Shown: positions 37,714 through 52,545 of the stretch, piece by piece
Layout of the letters: every line of letters begins with the position of its first letter
How positions within the stretch are numbered: the first letter of the stretch is position 1
Assembly: GCF_016432865.1 (NCBI RefSeq)
Contig: NC_067399.1
Span: 628,308,001 to 628,372,000 of the forward strand
Direction of reading: 5' to 3'
DNA from: Antechinus flavipes
Taxonomy: Eukaryota
DNA length: 64,000 bases
The notes under the pieces: model-generated
The model's database searches: none
Told to the model about the DNA's origin: nothing
What the model saw: the letters and a program-made list of their open reading frames with translations, nothing else
Program-made: the position numbers and the translations under genes

Positions 37714-38879
37714 CTGTGAGAACAGCAAAAACAAAGCATGGAACTTACTGTGGAATTCCAGTTAGCAATCTGTCTTTTGATTTTCAGTGTCTTTCAGAGC
37801 AAGAATCATGTCTACCAAGCTTCCAAAAGCTTGGATGGCACTGATCAAGCTAAGTCAAGAGACACTGAAACCAATACACTTGTATTCTAATGACGATAAG
37901 TCCATTGAGAATGTCCGTAAAAGATCTATTAAAGTCACCAATGTGCATCCATTAAATACCTACACCATTTGCTAGGTATCAATCCAGATGGTAAAGATGC
38001 AAAGAGAAATGTGAAATATTTTTTGCCTTCAAACATCTTGCAATCTATTGAGTGAGACTATGTATAAGCATATAACTGTATACCAAATACACTTACATGT
38101 AAGATTTGGGGCTGTGGCTGGGGTTAAAGCACTAGTAACTAAAGAAACCAGGAGGGCCTCATCAAGGAGAAAATGTCTGAGCTAAGCTTCAAAGGAAATT
38201 AAAGCTTCTAAGAGGGGCAAAGGTGAGAAAGGAGAAATTCAGAATGTGGAACATCCTGTGAAAAATCAGAGATGAGATGGAATGTTGTATAATGTTGCAC
38301 ACTAGGAAGAAAGAGAGAAAGAAAAGGCATTTAAATATTGACTACTATATGTCAGCCACTGTGCTAAGTATTTCCAATAATAAATCAAAAGGATTCCATT
38401 CATTCAATTCAACAGTTCAATATGATGCTATTATTTTTTCTCAAATATTTTGCTCCCTTGTCCAATTTCCCTTTAGAACCTTGAAAAATGCTAATTTTGA
38501 ACTGTTCCCACTTTTGACTTCCATCGCCCCTAATTCTTTACTACTGAATGGAACCAGGGGATGTCACACAACTGTTTTGATTAGGCCTGCTGCACATTTC
38601 TGTTATCCAATATTTATTCCACCCTCATTGCTGAAAGTCAATCAAAGGATTGTTAAGTTGGCAGAGAGCAGTATCAGCTGAATGATGAGTTTGTAACCAG
38701 ATTGCAAGGAATGAACCCTTTTGAAGTTAAAGGACTGATGAGTTTAAAGATTTTTCTCTACCTGCTTCTCCATCCAATTCATCAAAATGGATGTCCCAAA
38801 CTTCTTCTCAAATGTCCCACATCATCTCTCCCTTCACCCCAGGCAGAGGACTATGCCTTAACATGACACCAACAGACAA

Positions 38880-40020
38880 GATCTCCCTCTTTTCTTCTCC
38901 CCCCTCCCCAATTGCTTGACTCATCATTACCTCCTTTATTCTAGTCTCTGATGATGAGATGATCCTTATACTCAACAAGGTCAACTGATCTAGTTGATCC
39001 TAATCTAATAGTTCATTCTCACCTTGCTGGATCATCATCCTCATCATGTTTATTAGATAATATCATTATTATTAGAGAAGATTTTGTTCTGAGCTTTCTC
39101 CTTTCCCTCTACACTCTCTCACTTGGTAATCCTACTCCCAAGTCTAAATAAATAGCTCTAATCTCTCTCTCGAACCCCAGTCCTACATAGCCAATTGGCT
39201 TTTAGGAATTTTATACTGGATGTCCTGGAGACACCTCAAATTCAGCATGTAAAACAGAACTCATTACCTTCCCCTCTCCAAACTTCTTTTGAATTTCCTT
39301 CCCTTGAAATTTTGAACTTTCTTACTCTTACCAAACATATCCAATAAATTGCCAAAACTTCTTGTTGGTATCTTCAAAATATTTATTGCATATATAACTT
39401 TCTTTCTTTTCACTCATACATCAACTATTGCCTGAATTATTGCAATAATCTTTTAATGGGTCCCTCTGATCCAAGCTTCTGTCTACTCACTCCAGCCCTT
39501 TCAGAATTTTCCTAAAACACAATTCTAACCATCTTCTGACTCTATTTGAATTCCAGGGATTCCCTGTTACCTCCACAATTAAATACAAACTCCTCAACCT
39601 GGCCCCTTCTTAATTTTCCATTTTTTTGAACATTATCTGCTTCCACACTTTCTATTGTCTACCCATATTTCCTACCAATTGTTAGTTACTCTTCCTCTCC
39701 TGCTTTCAAGCTTAGAATGTTCCTCTCCCACACCTGGAATGTCTGGCTTTTTTTCAAAATTTAACTGAAGTGCCACCTTTTACCAAAGTCATTTTCTGAT
39801 TCCTTCCCCACCCTACCTTGTCTTGCTAATGGTCTTTCCTTACAAGGCAAACTTGCATTTGATTTTAACATCTTTAAACACATCTGTATATTTACATATC
39901 ATGTCTCCCCTAAGATACAAGCTCCTTAAAGACAAGAGCTATATTGTTTTTATTTTCATAATCCTAGCATTTAACTCAATATATACTGACATACTTTAAG
40001 TGCTTATTGAATACTTTACT
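38880..40020 (+). mobile_element. L2 LINE fragment
   Basis: Typical L2 3' sequence (CACCTCAAATTCAGCATGTAAAACAGAACTC, AAATACAAACTCCTC, TAAGCTCCTT-like end); boundaries approximate. Confidence 0.65.
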
Positions 40021-40364
40021 CAGTTGAAAAATATTAGGATAGCCCATATGTAGCCTATATGTTTGGTAATCTACATATATTTAGTACCTTATATAAGATT
40101 GTGGAAAATACAAAAATCAGTCTAGACAGCTGAGAAAATATTGGGTTAAAATTCACAAAATCATGTAGATTGTTGCAGAGTGTGATGCTGAAGTTGGAAT
40201 TTACAATCTCATGGGACAAACTATAATGCAGCTGGGGAAGTTCCAGGGAATATAAATAATTGGAACATAATGCAGTGGGGGATTAAATGTCATGTGAATG
40301 GAATGGAATAGATGACAAGTACTTAAAAGAAAGTTGAGAGCAAAAGTCCCAGGAGTATACTTAC

Positions 40365-40623
40365 AATTTCCTTCTACTGAGATAGTAGATGTTGTTCTGG
40401 ATTGTTTCTTGCTCTGTCTGTCTGATGCAATTACCAAATATTTCATTCCTGTGCATTCTGGTCTCTGCAGCATAGAGGTGTCATTCACAAACAGATTCCC
40501 TGTTGTGCTTTCTGGGGTGGTGATGATGCCCAGAGCAGTGCAATTAACACTGAGTGACTGTAGTTTGTAGGTAATATTTACTCCATGGAACTCCTTGCAG
40601 TTTTCAATGCAAACTTTTCCAAT
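40365..40623 (-). CDS. RET: RET exon 7 (259 nt), CLD4
   Basis: ctAG/GTAAG; [86 protein letters not shown]. Confidence 0.96.
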
Positions 40624-40799
40624 CTAGGCTCAAGGAAGAAATGAGAACATTACACATCTAAATAACATTGAAAATCATACTTTAAAAAAACCATACTTAA
40701 CTGTCTATAATCATAATTGCTTATAATTCATAAGGATAGAAAAAACTCGGTACTCAGCATGTTAAAGTGTATATAGGATGTAACTTCCACAATCTAAAA

Positions 40800-41330
40800 A
40801 TCATGTTCAGAATGATAGTTTTAAAGAAACTTTAAAGTCTATCTTATTTATATAGACTTTGGATTGATATATTTTGGTCTTACATTAGTAACTTCTCAAT
40901 GTATTCTTCCTTACCGATACCTTGTAACATCAAAAGAAACAAACTACACAATTAAACAAAAGTGACTATGTACGACATCATATTCAACATTCTTTATCTA
41001 GAGATTTTCACTATTCCACTAGGGAGATGTGAAAAGCACATTTTCTGAAATCAAGCTTGGATATTACAGTTTGTCAGTTTGGCTGTCTTTTGCTGTTGCC
41101 TTCAAAATAGTCATGGTGTTGATTATTCTACTAGATTCTGTTCCTGGAGTCTGCATTAGTTCACACAATTCTTCCCATGCTGCTCTGAATTTCTCAAATT
41201 TGTGATTTTCTATGGTATAGTAACATACCATTGCATTCTTAGAGTCAGGGATTTTAATTTTTATCATCAAGTGGAACACATAAGCATTAAGTTTTTAATT
41301 GCAAGCAAGATTTTATGTTCTATTCTTGGA
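40800..41330 (-). mobile_element. Old L1 3'-end fragment
   Basis: Degenerate YYCA..ENDEL..SEISRTR-like coding end and L1 3'UTR features; boundaries approximate. Confidence 0.5.
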
Positions 41331-44300
41331 GATACAATAATAATCACAACAGTCCAATGGGATATGTGGGGGGGGGGGAGGGAGAACAGGATGTCCATGT
41401 AGATGATAGGGAGAAGAGGGAAGACACATATATAATTATAATGATAAAAACAAAAACTAGGACTCCTTAGCAGTTTGCAAATATTATCTCATTTGTATGA
41501 GGTAGATGTTATTATTATCTCCATTTTATAGTTGAGGACACTGAGGCAAACAGAAGTTAAATGACTTGACTTGTAAGTGTCTGAGAATAGATTTTATTTT
41601 AGGTCTTCTTAACCCCAGATCAGTGCTCTCACTGTACAATATTAAAAAAATATACACACCAGAAATCAAGACATGCAAGAGGTTAATTCTGGTACTACTT
41701 TATTAGTCACACATTAAAAAAAAACAAACCCAAAGCAAGACACAGCAGTGAATAGTTTCTTATAGATTTATATTTGCATTTTAAAAGTTTTTGAAATATT
41801 CATTATTTCCAAAAAAAATTTTAAAAACAGTCTTGTGATTTTATGACCACATTCCCTTGAAGGCCCTTTCAACTCTTGTAGAATTTCAAAAACTAGCTGG
41901 AGGGATGCACATTTCTAGCCTCATGGAGCATATGCTTAGAAAATGTCCCTTCCCACTATTCTGTGCTGGTTCAATCTTTTGATGTATACAGAAAATTGTG
42001 GGAAGGATTAGGGGGTGAAGTAAGACAAGCCAGAGTCACTTTTGGCAGTAGACAAAGAGAAGGAAGGTCGTGGAGATCCTGCGTCCATCCTGTTCACTTC
42101 TATGCCTAAAGACCAAGAATAAAGACCAAAGAATTTTGCTTATCCTGACTCTGGCTGATTCTAAGGCATCTGAGTACTAACCTGGACTTCACATCAAAGG
42201 AGTGTACTTCCATTTCAAACATCTCTCATAAGGAAGTAGCATCTATCTAGACCAAGGTCAACTTGTCTCAACTGAGCACCTCCTTAGACTCAAAGCATCA
42301 TTCCAGGTTCAAGTGGATGGTGACTCAGCTGATGGAATGTCTTGCTTGCTATTTAGAACTCTATGTTCTTTTTTGTTTGCATTTGGTGACTAACCCATTC
42401 AATGTTCTTTCAGGGATGAGGGCTGAGGTAGGCCCTACAGGCCACAAACACGGTCTCTACTATAGGAGAGGCATCTGAAGGAGAAAGGCTGGTGTCTATG
42501 ACCTCTTAGATCCTCCCCCAATTCTAATGCAACATGTTTTTCATATGTTCTGGAGAGGCTGAAAATCCAACAGTTTTCAGGAATGTAAGTCATTCATATT
42601 TTTCCTTAGGAAAAAAAAAAAACAGCTAAAAAAGAGAGGATAAAATCTGATTTGTTACTGTGTGTTTCCTCAACATATGGATTCTCTCATTGTTGAAAAG
42701 AAAAGGAAACAGAAACTTAATGTCTGATAAGGACCCTGGACCTTTTCCATTTAATTTTCAGCTAAAACACACTATATGTGCTATTTCTCATTAGAATATA
42801 ATCTCCTAGAAAGCAGATGTCTTATTTTTTCTTTTTGTATCAAACATGGCTTTCTATTCAGTAAGTGTTCAATAAGTGTCTATTTATTCATACAATAATC
42901 CAAGAAATTCTACAATCTGTGGTGGTTACATCTTGATAATTTTACTTAGAGGTTTACTAAGTATTCAGACCTCTTTAAACAAGATCTGAGGAAGCATTCT
43001 AGTTCTTATTAAATGCAAAAAAGCAACATTAGTAATAAAAAAAGACTAAAAATAAGCAGAATCAGGAAAACCAATATGTACACTGACAATATAAATGTTT
43101 GAAAAAAGAAGAAAAAACTAGAGCTGGGTAATAGAATCCAGATTGACCTCCCAAATCAGATTTAAAAAAAAATTTTCTCCTTTGTTCATAGAAGTGGGAG
43201 AATATCAGTGCAGAATGCCATAATACTATTTTACATGCTTGATGTATTGGTCAGTTTTGATGAACTGTTTGGATTTTTCCATTCTCTGTCTCTGACTTAT
43301 TCTTTCTCTTTCTGTCTGGGCCATTCTTCATTCCTATCTACTAACATCCTTTTATTCTTTGTTAGAAGAGATGATTCTCTTGATGGGGAAAGGAAGGGAG
43401 GGACTTAGAAATGAAGGCGATAAATGTTGCATGGTATAGTAGAAAGAAGACTGGATTTTAGGATCAGAAAATCTGGGTTCAAATTTTAGCTAAAAATAAT
43501 TTTGGGCAAAACACTTAAAATGAAGAAATTGGACCAGACAATTCACAACATCCTTTCTAACTAAAAACTAAAACAAAAGATATAAGAAGAAAGATTTTAT
43601 AGAATAGAAGTAGCTGAAGAGATAGCAGAAGACTGGCTTGAATCCTGGTTCTGCTATTTCTTACCATGGTCAAGAAACAGCAATCTAGTAAAATGTATTT
43701 TATAAAATGTCTATTATGAAGAAAAGGAGTATCACAGCAAGAATATAGGTGAACATTAGAGTCAAACTCAAATAGAAATGGATCCTGTTGTCTTAGAAAT
43801 AACAAATTAACATAATCTGTATTGAGCTGTATTTTTATTTATGCTGTTAAACATTAACCAATTACATTTTAGCCAGGGGTCTAATAAGTTTATTTTTCAT
43901 ACCTGCCTGAAAACTGGCAGGATAAGGAAGGGGAAACAGAGGTGAAATAACTCTCAGTGATCTAGATCAAAAGGCTTTTCCACTTCAATCTCAACGATTT
44001 TGAAGTCCATGTGTGAGGAGAAAAGGTATAGCTGTATACCTCTGAAAAAGAAGCAGACTTTAGGGGGAAGTAATTTGTGGTACTGAAAAGTTTGCTGACA
44101 CTATACCAGGAGATTAGAGATGGAATGCCTGTCATTAGCTATGTAATTATGGGCAAGTCCTTTCATTTCTGTGGTGTTCGCTTCCTTATCTCCAAAATGG
44201 CAATAATAATATACTTTTATCATCACAAAACACATTCCATATAAGAAACATTGACTAAGTACCTTGTACATGCAAAAAACTGTGCTCAACTCTAGAAAAC

Positions 44301-44780
44301 TGGCTCTGTATATAATAGAATGTGATAGAAGAAAATGAAAGATCCAAGCAAAGACTTCAGGAATATTTGAAGAGGAGAAGATCACTTCCAGCTAGGATGG
44401 TCAATACCCTGAAAAAGGGCATTGGTTTGTAGACTTTTAAGCATGGGTTAAATGTCAATTGTTGGAAATTATTGTCTGACTAGTGCAAGGATGCCAAAAC
44501 AGGACTGTTGAGTACTTGGAAAATTATTATTTCACAGTTACTACTGTGTATTTAAGAAAAAGAAATACGATATTATTGATGATAGTTGGATCAAGATTTT
44601 AAAAAGGGAAAAAAGGGAGGACCAGTAAGAGCCCTTTGAAAGATGGACCTGAGCTCTGAAATTTCTCCTGAGATCTCCAGGACATGTTAACTATATTGTG
44701 ATATGTTACTGGATCTATGATCTCTTCTCTTTAAGTTTCTTTCCACTGGGGAAAACTGCAGCCCCATTCATGTTCATGCA

Positions 44781-44960
44781 TGTAGGGTGTCTCTTGTCTC
44801 TGACCTGCCCGACATAGTGAGGAGGTCTTCCCCAGGTCTCCTCGAATTGCACAGAGATCAATGGAACATGCAGCAACCTTCTGCTTAATTTATTAACATC
44901 AACATAAATCAGAGTGACATATATTTGCCACCAGCAAGGAGAATCCTGGTAAGTTCCAAT
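44781..44960 (-). mobile_element. Possible LTR 3' portion
   Basis: Minus strand has AATAAA followed by a segment ending ..GAGACACCCTACA; 5' end and TSD not established. Confidence 0.3.
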
Positions 44961-47182
44961 TAGTGTGAATCATTTAGCATATAGTGCTTCTTTGTAGTTG
45001 AATACACACTATTCGAAATTATAATTATTTAATATATGGTAATTGTTCTAGCCTAGAGGAATGATACAATGTAATTTGAATAATTCAGCCACTTAAAGGG
45101 ATTCATTGTTGTTATTAATTGGAATCTGTTAGCACGCAATATTGAAGTCCAAATCAAAGAGAAATTATATATAGATGATAAGACTCTCTTAAGTGTTCTT
45201 ATTTGGGAATAACATCACACTATTTTCCTCAACCTTCAAATGCTGTGGAGACCCTTAAGTGAGGTTCACAATTGCTCAAGAGTTCAACGTAGCTACCTAT
45301 ATAGGTACAAACATGTCAACTAATATGAAGGAAGAGGAACAGCCTACTGGAGCTGGCTTCATCTCCAGAAAAATATTGACATTTTTGAATAGGTCTTTCT
45401 TTCAGGAAGAAACTTGGAGTCATTAAAAACACTGAACAATTTTCTAAATAAAATATATGTGTGTGTATGTTTCATGTACCTACACATGCATATATACATA
45501 TAACATACAACAGAGAACATATTCTATTTATTTATCCACATACACATAGATGTTTGTGTCTATATCCACATAGATAAATATCTATATAGCCCTAGCTATC
45601 TATATCTATCTACACATACATAAATATGTATGTAGGAACATTTTGGATGAAAGACTAAGGCTAAGTTTTTGGATTGGCTAAGGAGAGAAGGCCAAGTTGT
45701 ATTTGGGGAACTATTGTGTTTATAGGGACTCCAAGCTTATCCCTGAAAGAAAAGCCCATTAAAAAAAAAAAGTATCCATATTCTTCTGGACATGTAGTAA
45801 CTTCTATGGTTAAAGGACTTCTCTGAGGTCCCATAAGTAACCAAGTTCCAGAGCCAGCCCTCAAACCTGAGTCCAATACTCTGGTCAGCCACTGGAATCT
45901 CCCCCTTCCCTCCACCTTCTCTGTAATAATCACTTATTTCAATTACCCTCCAGTGCCAGTAGGCAAACATCACTTGCATTTTCTAACAAAGTCAACAGCA
46001 ATGTGCCCTCAGTTAATATCAACTCTTCATTGGCATTACCAACAGACATTATTAATGAGTTTGGAGAAGATTTAACTAAAACAAAGGAAGAAACAAGAAG
46101 TTAAATGTTAACGAGATAAAGATTGGGTCAGGGAATATGTGTGAGAATTAGAAAGCAGAATAGAGAACAGTAGTGTTCATAGATATATAATAATATCCCA
46201 ATTTATATGATGTGTTAGAACTTACAAAGTATTTTGAATGTTGTGCAAGAATGTATTATTATGTATTTCAGTTTAAAAGATAAAACATGAAGGGTCAAGA
46301 AATGAAAAGGACTGGTCATATCTAACAAATCTTCAAACTTAAGTTCTGTTAGAGCCAGAATTCCAAGCCAGGTTTTGCTCAAGGGTTTTTCTGCTACTCC
46401 ACATTGCCTCTTGAAATGTTATTTGTACATTCCAAAAAGGAACATAACATCAGGAAGTTGATGTTTTGACATGCAACTGAGTTGGATTTAAATGAGGGCT
46501 GTGCGAGGTCACCCATCTCACTTTCCCCTCCCGAGCTATCTGGGTTAAGGGAATATCTCTTTATCAGGATGACTGGAAATAAAAGAGGCCATTATTCATC
46601 TCATATCTACCTAGGCTTAATCATTAAATGGATGTGGTCTCAAACTGAGACCTGTTGAAGACCTTAGCTTAAAAAGGTTAAGATCACCCACTGCAATTTG
46701 AACTGTAGTAATCTTTCATCAAGAGACCAATGTCTTCTTCTGAAAGAAGCTCCAAAAGAGGTGAGAGAAGTTACTCTGGTTGGAACACTATCAGTATTCC
46801 TGATTATACCAACTTAGATTGATCTTTCCTTTCCTAATATCCCAGAGTATTTCAAGTCCTGGATAACATCCATGGGTTTATAAGCCATCTGAGATTGCCT
46901 TCTAATTGGTTCATGTATGTAGTATTCTTTCTTCCATCAAGAATACAAATTTCTTGGAGGTAGGGATTGCTTCTTCTCTTGTATTCCTCATGATAATATG
47001 CCTGCCAAAAAATCTTCCAAATGATACTTAAATGATTTCTTCCAGAATGCACAAATTACCAAGGACTCCATTTTATCTTATGGCAGATGGAGAAGTTCAT
47101 CTGGGCCATCTTCCTATTTCCCTCTGTTCATGTGGTCCAGGTTCCTTCTCATCCGATGAGAAATAGCCCATGCATCACTCAC

Positions 47183-47382
47183 CTGTGCATATCGGTGAGC
47201 ATTCCGATTTACTGAGAAGGAGTAGGAGTTGTTTGGAAACCGTATGGTGACAGGTAGGATGGTCACATTGAAATAGAGATGGAGTACTCCTCCAGGACCC
47301 TGGAAGTCAGTGTCATTCACCAGGACTCCCACCTGGAAAGAATGGCTCTCTGTGATAGGAAGACTTCGGTTGAGCACCAGTT
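47183..47382 (-). CDS. RET: RET exon 6 (200 nt), CLD3/4
   Basis: gcAG/GTGAG; (K)[66 protein letters not shown]. Confidence 0.96.
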
Positions 47383-49127
47383 CTGCAAAAATAAACATCA
47401 ACATTCTTTCAGATTGTCAATTCACAAGTGAGCACTGTTCTTTAAAGAGAATACTGATAATAAATAAGGGCTAATGTTTATTTAATTCTTTTAAGATTTT
47501 TGAAGTGCCTTGCATGCATTATCATCTCATCCTCAAGAAATACCATACTCTCATTTTATTGATGAAGAAACTGATATACAGAAAGACTGAGTTATTTATC
47601 CACAGTCCATCAACAAGTAAATGTCAGAGGTGAGATTCAGATCCATATCACTCTTGAATCTAAGTTCAACACTCATTCTGCTATACTACATTGTTATAAA
47701 GAATTTGGGAGAAGAGTTGTAAAAAGCCTTAAGATCATGTCTTAGGACATCATTATAGGGATGTTTAGAGATGTTGAGAACATGTAGCCTGGAGAAGAGA
47801 AGATTTTAGAGGGACATGAGAGCTCTTTTCAAGCATTTGAACAAGCTACATCATGGAAAAGAAATTATCTTCTTGATTCCACAGAGAATTTATCCATGAG
47901 TGATGGGTGAAAAGTGTAAAAAGCCAGATTTTGGCCTAATATAAGGAGACCATTAAAACTCCCAAAGGAATGGGCCACTTCAGGAGGTAAGGGCTTTCTT
48001 TCTTGCCTGGTATCTTTATGCAAAAGTAACCTGTAAGGTATGTTGTGGAGGGTATTGTTCAGAATAAAGTTAAAACAGATAGCCTCACTGGCTGTGATAT
48101 CATGGTAAATCTTTAAAAATGTAAAAAAAAGAAAAAAACAGATCTAACAAAAAAAGGAAAAGAAAAGAATATTGCATACAAGATACACATACTTGAAAGT
48201 CTGCTGTTATCGGCATTTTTTCCATTATTTCCTTAAAGCTAGACAATTAACCAAACAAAGAATAAAACCTTGATCTATAGAATTTTCTGATTTTGGAAGT
48301 GTAAATGCTCATGCTGGATATTTAACAATTGGCTTTAACAAAATAGTAGAGGCTGATTCCAGTACCTGCCCTTGCCCTCAGATCTCAACCTGCAAGCTAA
48401 AATCTGTCTCTACAACTTCTTTCCTCCTCCTTCCTTCCAGAAGTCTTTAATATAAACCTAATCCTTGTTCTTTATGACACTTTTTTGGACTTGAAAAAAA
48501 CCATATATCCCTCCTTTCACATCTTCTGTTCTCCAACATTTGAAATTCCTTCAAAAACCCTTCTCCAGAATGATATTCAGGACCCTCAACATCCTAGTTA
48601 CTCTTCTAATAGCATCAGTCCAGCCATCTTCATTAGTTAATGCTGACTTTTGCTTTTTGTTTTTTAATTCAGGACATGATCATTTACTAATATTGAGGGA
48701 AATGATCCAAATAATGTTTTATAATCTCTGAGGTCAATTGAAAGAAAATAAAATGGAACAGAACCGAATAATGGCAATATCAATGAAATAAGTGACTTGC
48801 CATACCACTACCCCTATTTACTTTGAATTAGATCAAACTTGTTTTGTAGCTCTGGTATTTTTTTAAAACAAGCTCATGACGTATAGTCCCATGTCCTAAA
48901 TTAATATATACATTAAAGCAGCAGGGAGTACTGAAGATATTTTTTTAAAAATCTCCTCAAATGAGATCATTTGATAGAATCTGCTAGAGTCAATTTTCCT
49001 GCTTCCTTTTATTCATCTGTTCTAAGGCATTAGTTTCAATCAGTCAAGTTAGTAGCCCAGAAAGATAAAGAGAAGTGATAGGATCCCAAATGCCCCACCT
49101 CCCTCTGTTCTCTCTAATCCCTCTTAC

Positions 49128-49323
49128 TGTAATCATGCATCATCGCCCGCACACGACTTCCATTAGAGTTGTATGAAGTTTCATTTGGTGAGTGTTCCAC
49201 ACGGAAGAACTCGTTGACCAAAGGGTCACTGGTCAGCATGGTATGTGTGTACTTTCTTGGGATGTCCACAGAGGAAGGCACGACATCTGCATCAAAAACC
49301 TGCAGGACTGCCAATACTGTACC
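49128..49323 (-). CDS. RET: RET exon 5 (196 nt), CLD3
   Basis: ctAG/GTAAG boundaries; GTVLAVLQVFDADVVPSSVDIPRKYTHTMLTSDPLVNEFFRVEHSPNETSYNSNGSRVRAMMHDY. Confidence 0.96.
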
Positions 49324-50043
49324 CTAGGAGGAAGCACAAAGCAAGAGTGGGTATGGAGAGGGGGGATAGGGATGAGGAGTGGCAGAAAGACTCTCTGATC
49401 TGCTTTTATACTTTATACACTGAAAATTAAAGTCTTCTAGCTACCTCTGAGAATGGCCCTGACACACAGCTAGGACCATGAAGAAATGATTATCTCTTTT
49501 CCCTGCTTCTTTTCATAGGCTACTTTTTGCCCTCTAATTACACATCTGGACTTCCCTTCCAATGCTATCACTAATTAGCTACTTCACCCTGGGGGCCCAG
49601 TTGCTTTTACTCCATCTCCCCTTACCATCCCCCCTCCCATCTCCAATTCTCAAGTTTCTTTCTCACTAAAATAAGTGGTTTGTTATAGTACACCTTAAAG
49701 GTACTTTTAGCTCTTAAAACATATGATGCTTTTCATGAATTGCTTAGAGCTCTATTCATAGAGCTAGAATTCATTCTCCCCCTAGAGGGCAGCAATTTTC
49801 CAAAATTTAAAGGCAACTCACTAGAAGGAACAGAGCTAATGGCCAATTTACTTTAGAAGAATAATGAAACATTTGGGAATATAGCTCATGATAAGGTCTG
49901 ATTCTGTGAGAATCCCTGAGGAGAAGTAGGGGGTAGAAACTTTTTTATCAAAAGGGAATGCATTGTAAATAATATAAATTCTTCTGCTGTTTTAGCTTTT
50001 AAGGCCTCATACGACCTGGCTTCAACCTATCTTTCCAGTTTCA

Positions 50044-50185
50044 NNNNNNNNNNNNNNNNNNNNNNNNNNNNNNNNNNNNNNNNNNNNNNNNNNNNNNNNN
50101 NNNNNNNNNNNNNNNNNNNNNNNNNNNNNNNNNNNNNNNNNNNNNNNNNNNNNNNNNNNNNNNNNNNNNNNNNNNNNNNNNNNNN
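50044..50185. other. Assembly gap (142 N) in intron 4, within an L2-like fragment
   Basis: Run of Ns. Confidence 1.
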
Positions 50186-52134
50186 AAGCTTTTGATTTTG
50201 TAGTCCCACCTTGTGTCTGGGTAGTATTCCCACTTAGTTGGGGGACTATTTTGTGCATGAAACTTTTCCTGATTCCCCAACTGTTAGGTGCTCTCTTTCC
50301 ACTACCTTAGATATTTTTGTATTTCTTCATTTTTATGTTCTAGGTATTTTTATACGTATTAGTTGACTCTCACTAGAAGGCAAGGTCCCTGGTGAGTAGG
50401 AAATGTACTTGTATTCCCAGCATTTAAAACTGTACAAGCATAGCGCTTACTATGCTAGCCCACACAAATGATGAGCATTTAATAAATATTAATTTATATT
50501 ACCAAAAAAAATTATATCAGCTAACTTATGGGCTCTTTAGAGTATCTGTTTAAAAAAAAATCACACCATAATCCATCTTCAGGACTTCTGCTGACTTCTG
50601 ATAGAAATGATGGTCATTGCAGGATCAATGGATCTAAGACTCAGAAGACTTCCAAAACCATTTTAATTTAACCCCTTCATTTTTTCAGTAAGGAAACTTA
50701 GGCCCAGTGACTTTAAGTACCTTGAGAAGACTGCACAAATATTAAGTGGAAGAGACTAGGTAGAAAACCCTGAGGCAGGACCACACCATCTTGCTAATAG
50801 GAAACATGGGCTTTGCTTAAAAGGACTCCTGAGAAAAAGGTTATGGCCTCTGGAATCATATGAAAACACATTATCGGCTGCAGTTGGCTTCTAAGACAGA
50901 AGGAAAAGTATTTGGGGACTTAAGTATTCAGAATTGGCTACATCTAAAACTTTGGACTGGCAGGTTCTCATTTATTGCCTGCTACAGACTTTTCAATTCT
51001 GAGAAATTCTTATACGATACAAATCTCTACAAAGGAAGTGTTATACCTTCATTAGTTAACAACTAAATGAACAGTTAATAATTTAGCAATTTGTTAATAA
51101 TTGACAATTAGCTATGAATTTTAAAATAGGACACAAGACAGCTGTCTGGGGTTCTCAGGAAGTTGGACAAGTATAACAATGATAAAATCAGATATTTCAA
51201 GCAAGACAAGAACTGAGAAGAGTTCAACCTTGTCGTCTTTTCCAGAACAGCAAGAGAAACATGGAGGCTTTACATTGCTATGTAGCTAGTAAAAGTGCCT
51301 GAGGCAAGATTTAAACTAATGTTTCAGACTCCAAGTTCAATGATCTGTCCATTATGCCATCTAGTGACCACAACTGGTATAAACCAATTTTGCTGTTACC
51401 AAAATTTTGCCTTAGAATCCATTCTGTAAGTCATGTTCTTGCTCTCATCCACCAGTAACAGGACTGCTTTACACAAAGGAAAAAGGTAATTACCTTGTCA
51501 AGGGATAGGAAAAATGAAAGTGGGTCTGAGTTCCCTGCCTTACAACTAAAATCACCCTTTAAGTTCATGGTCTATTACATCTTTTTGCTCCTCGGGAAAT
51601 TTATTTAGACATTTCAGTCATGTCCAGTTCTTTCAGACTCCATTTGGGATTTTCTCGTCAAAGATACTGGAGTGATTTGCCATTTTCTTTTCCAGCTCAT
51701 TTTACAGATAAGAAAACTGAGGCAAACAGGTTAAAGAAATTCATGAAGAGAATTTTCCTGATTTCAGGTCTGGTGCTCTATGCGGTATATCACAGAGCTG
51801 TCCTCTCAGGAGATAGCTAACCCTTAATTAAGGAAAATTCTATCCCCACCTCCTTTCCTCTTATCCCTCTTCTTAATAGGAGGTAAATATTCAGCTCCTA
51901 AGTTTAGCATGGAGTAAGCTTCAAGCAAGCAAGAAGTAAGGAAAACAAGTTTTGTGCCATGACAGGGATCAAATACATCGCCAAGGTGAATTGTTTCTAC
52001 AGAGTCAGTTCTAGATCAGCCATGCTGTGACAAAGAAAAGAAAAGGCACAGGCTTCTCAAAAACAACAGACAAAAAACTCTTTGTTTTTTCTTTGTGTTT
52101 GTAATGTAAACCAGAAGTGATCATGTTTGTGCAA

Positions 52135-52138
<4 letters not shown>

Positions 52139-52183
<45 letters not shown>
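52139..52183. repeat. (AC)n microsatellite, intron 4
   Basis: Direct reading, ~22 units. Confidence 0.95.
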
Positions 52184-52186
<3 letters not shown>

Positions 52187-52545
52187 GTCCCTTGTATCTG
52201 TGTACATTTTATTCATGCCTATTTTCTCCTTCTCTGATTTAAAAATCCACCAACTGGCATGATAGGAATGGTAGAAAGGAAATTAAACAAGACCTCTACT
52301 CATAGGTTTTGGATGGCCACTGAATCTTTCATTTTATAGATGAGGAAACTGAGGCACAGAAAACCAGTTATTTGCCCAAAATCACATTGCTTAGTAATTG
52401 ACTGAGGCTGATAGGAATGGAATTCAGGTCTTCCTAACTCTAAATCTAGCACTTTCTGTCTCAACTATCTAGTTTTCTTTCTTGGTCTAGGGCCTAAGAA
52501 TGCTTTCTAATACCACTTCCAGAATGCCTGATACATCCCTCTTAC

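Noticed and set aside
44775-45490. Complete solo LTR with CATGCA TSD
   Set aside because: The right-hand CATGCA lies in CA/TA low-complexity sequence and could be chance; the 5' end is not recognisable.
50022-50280. Three ORFs spanning the second N gap
   Set aside because: Gap read-through in an intronic L2-like fragment.
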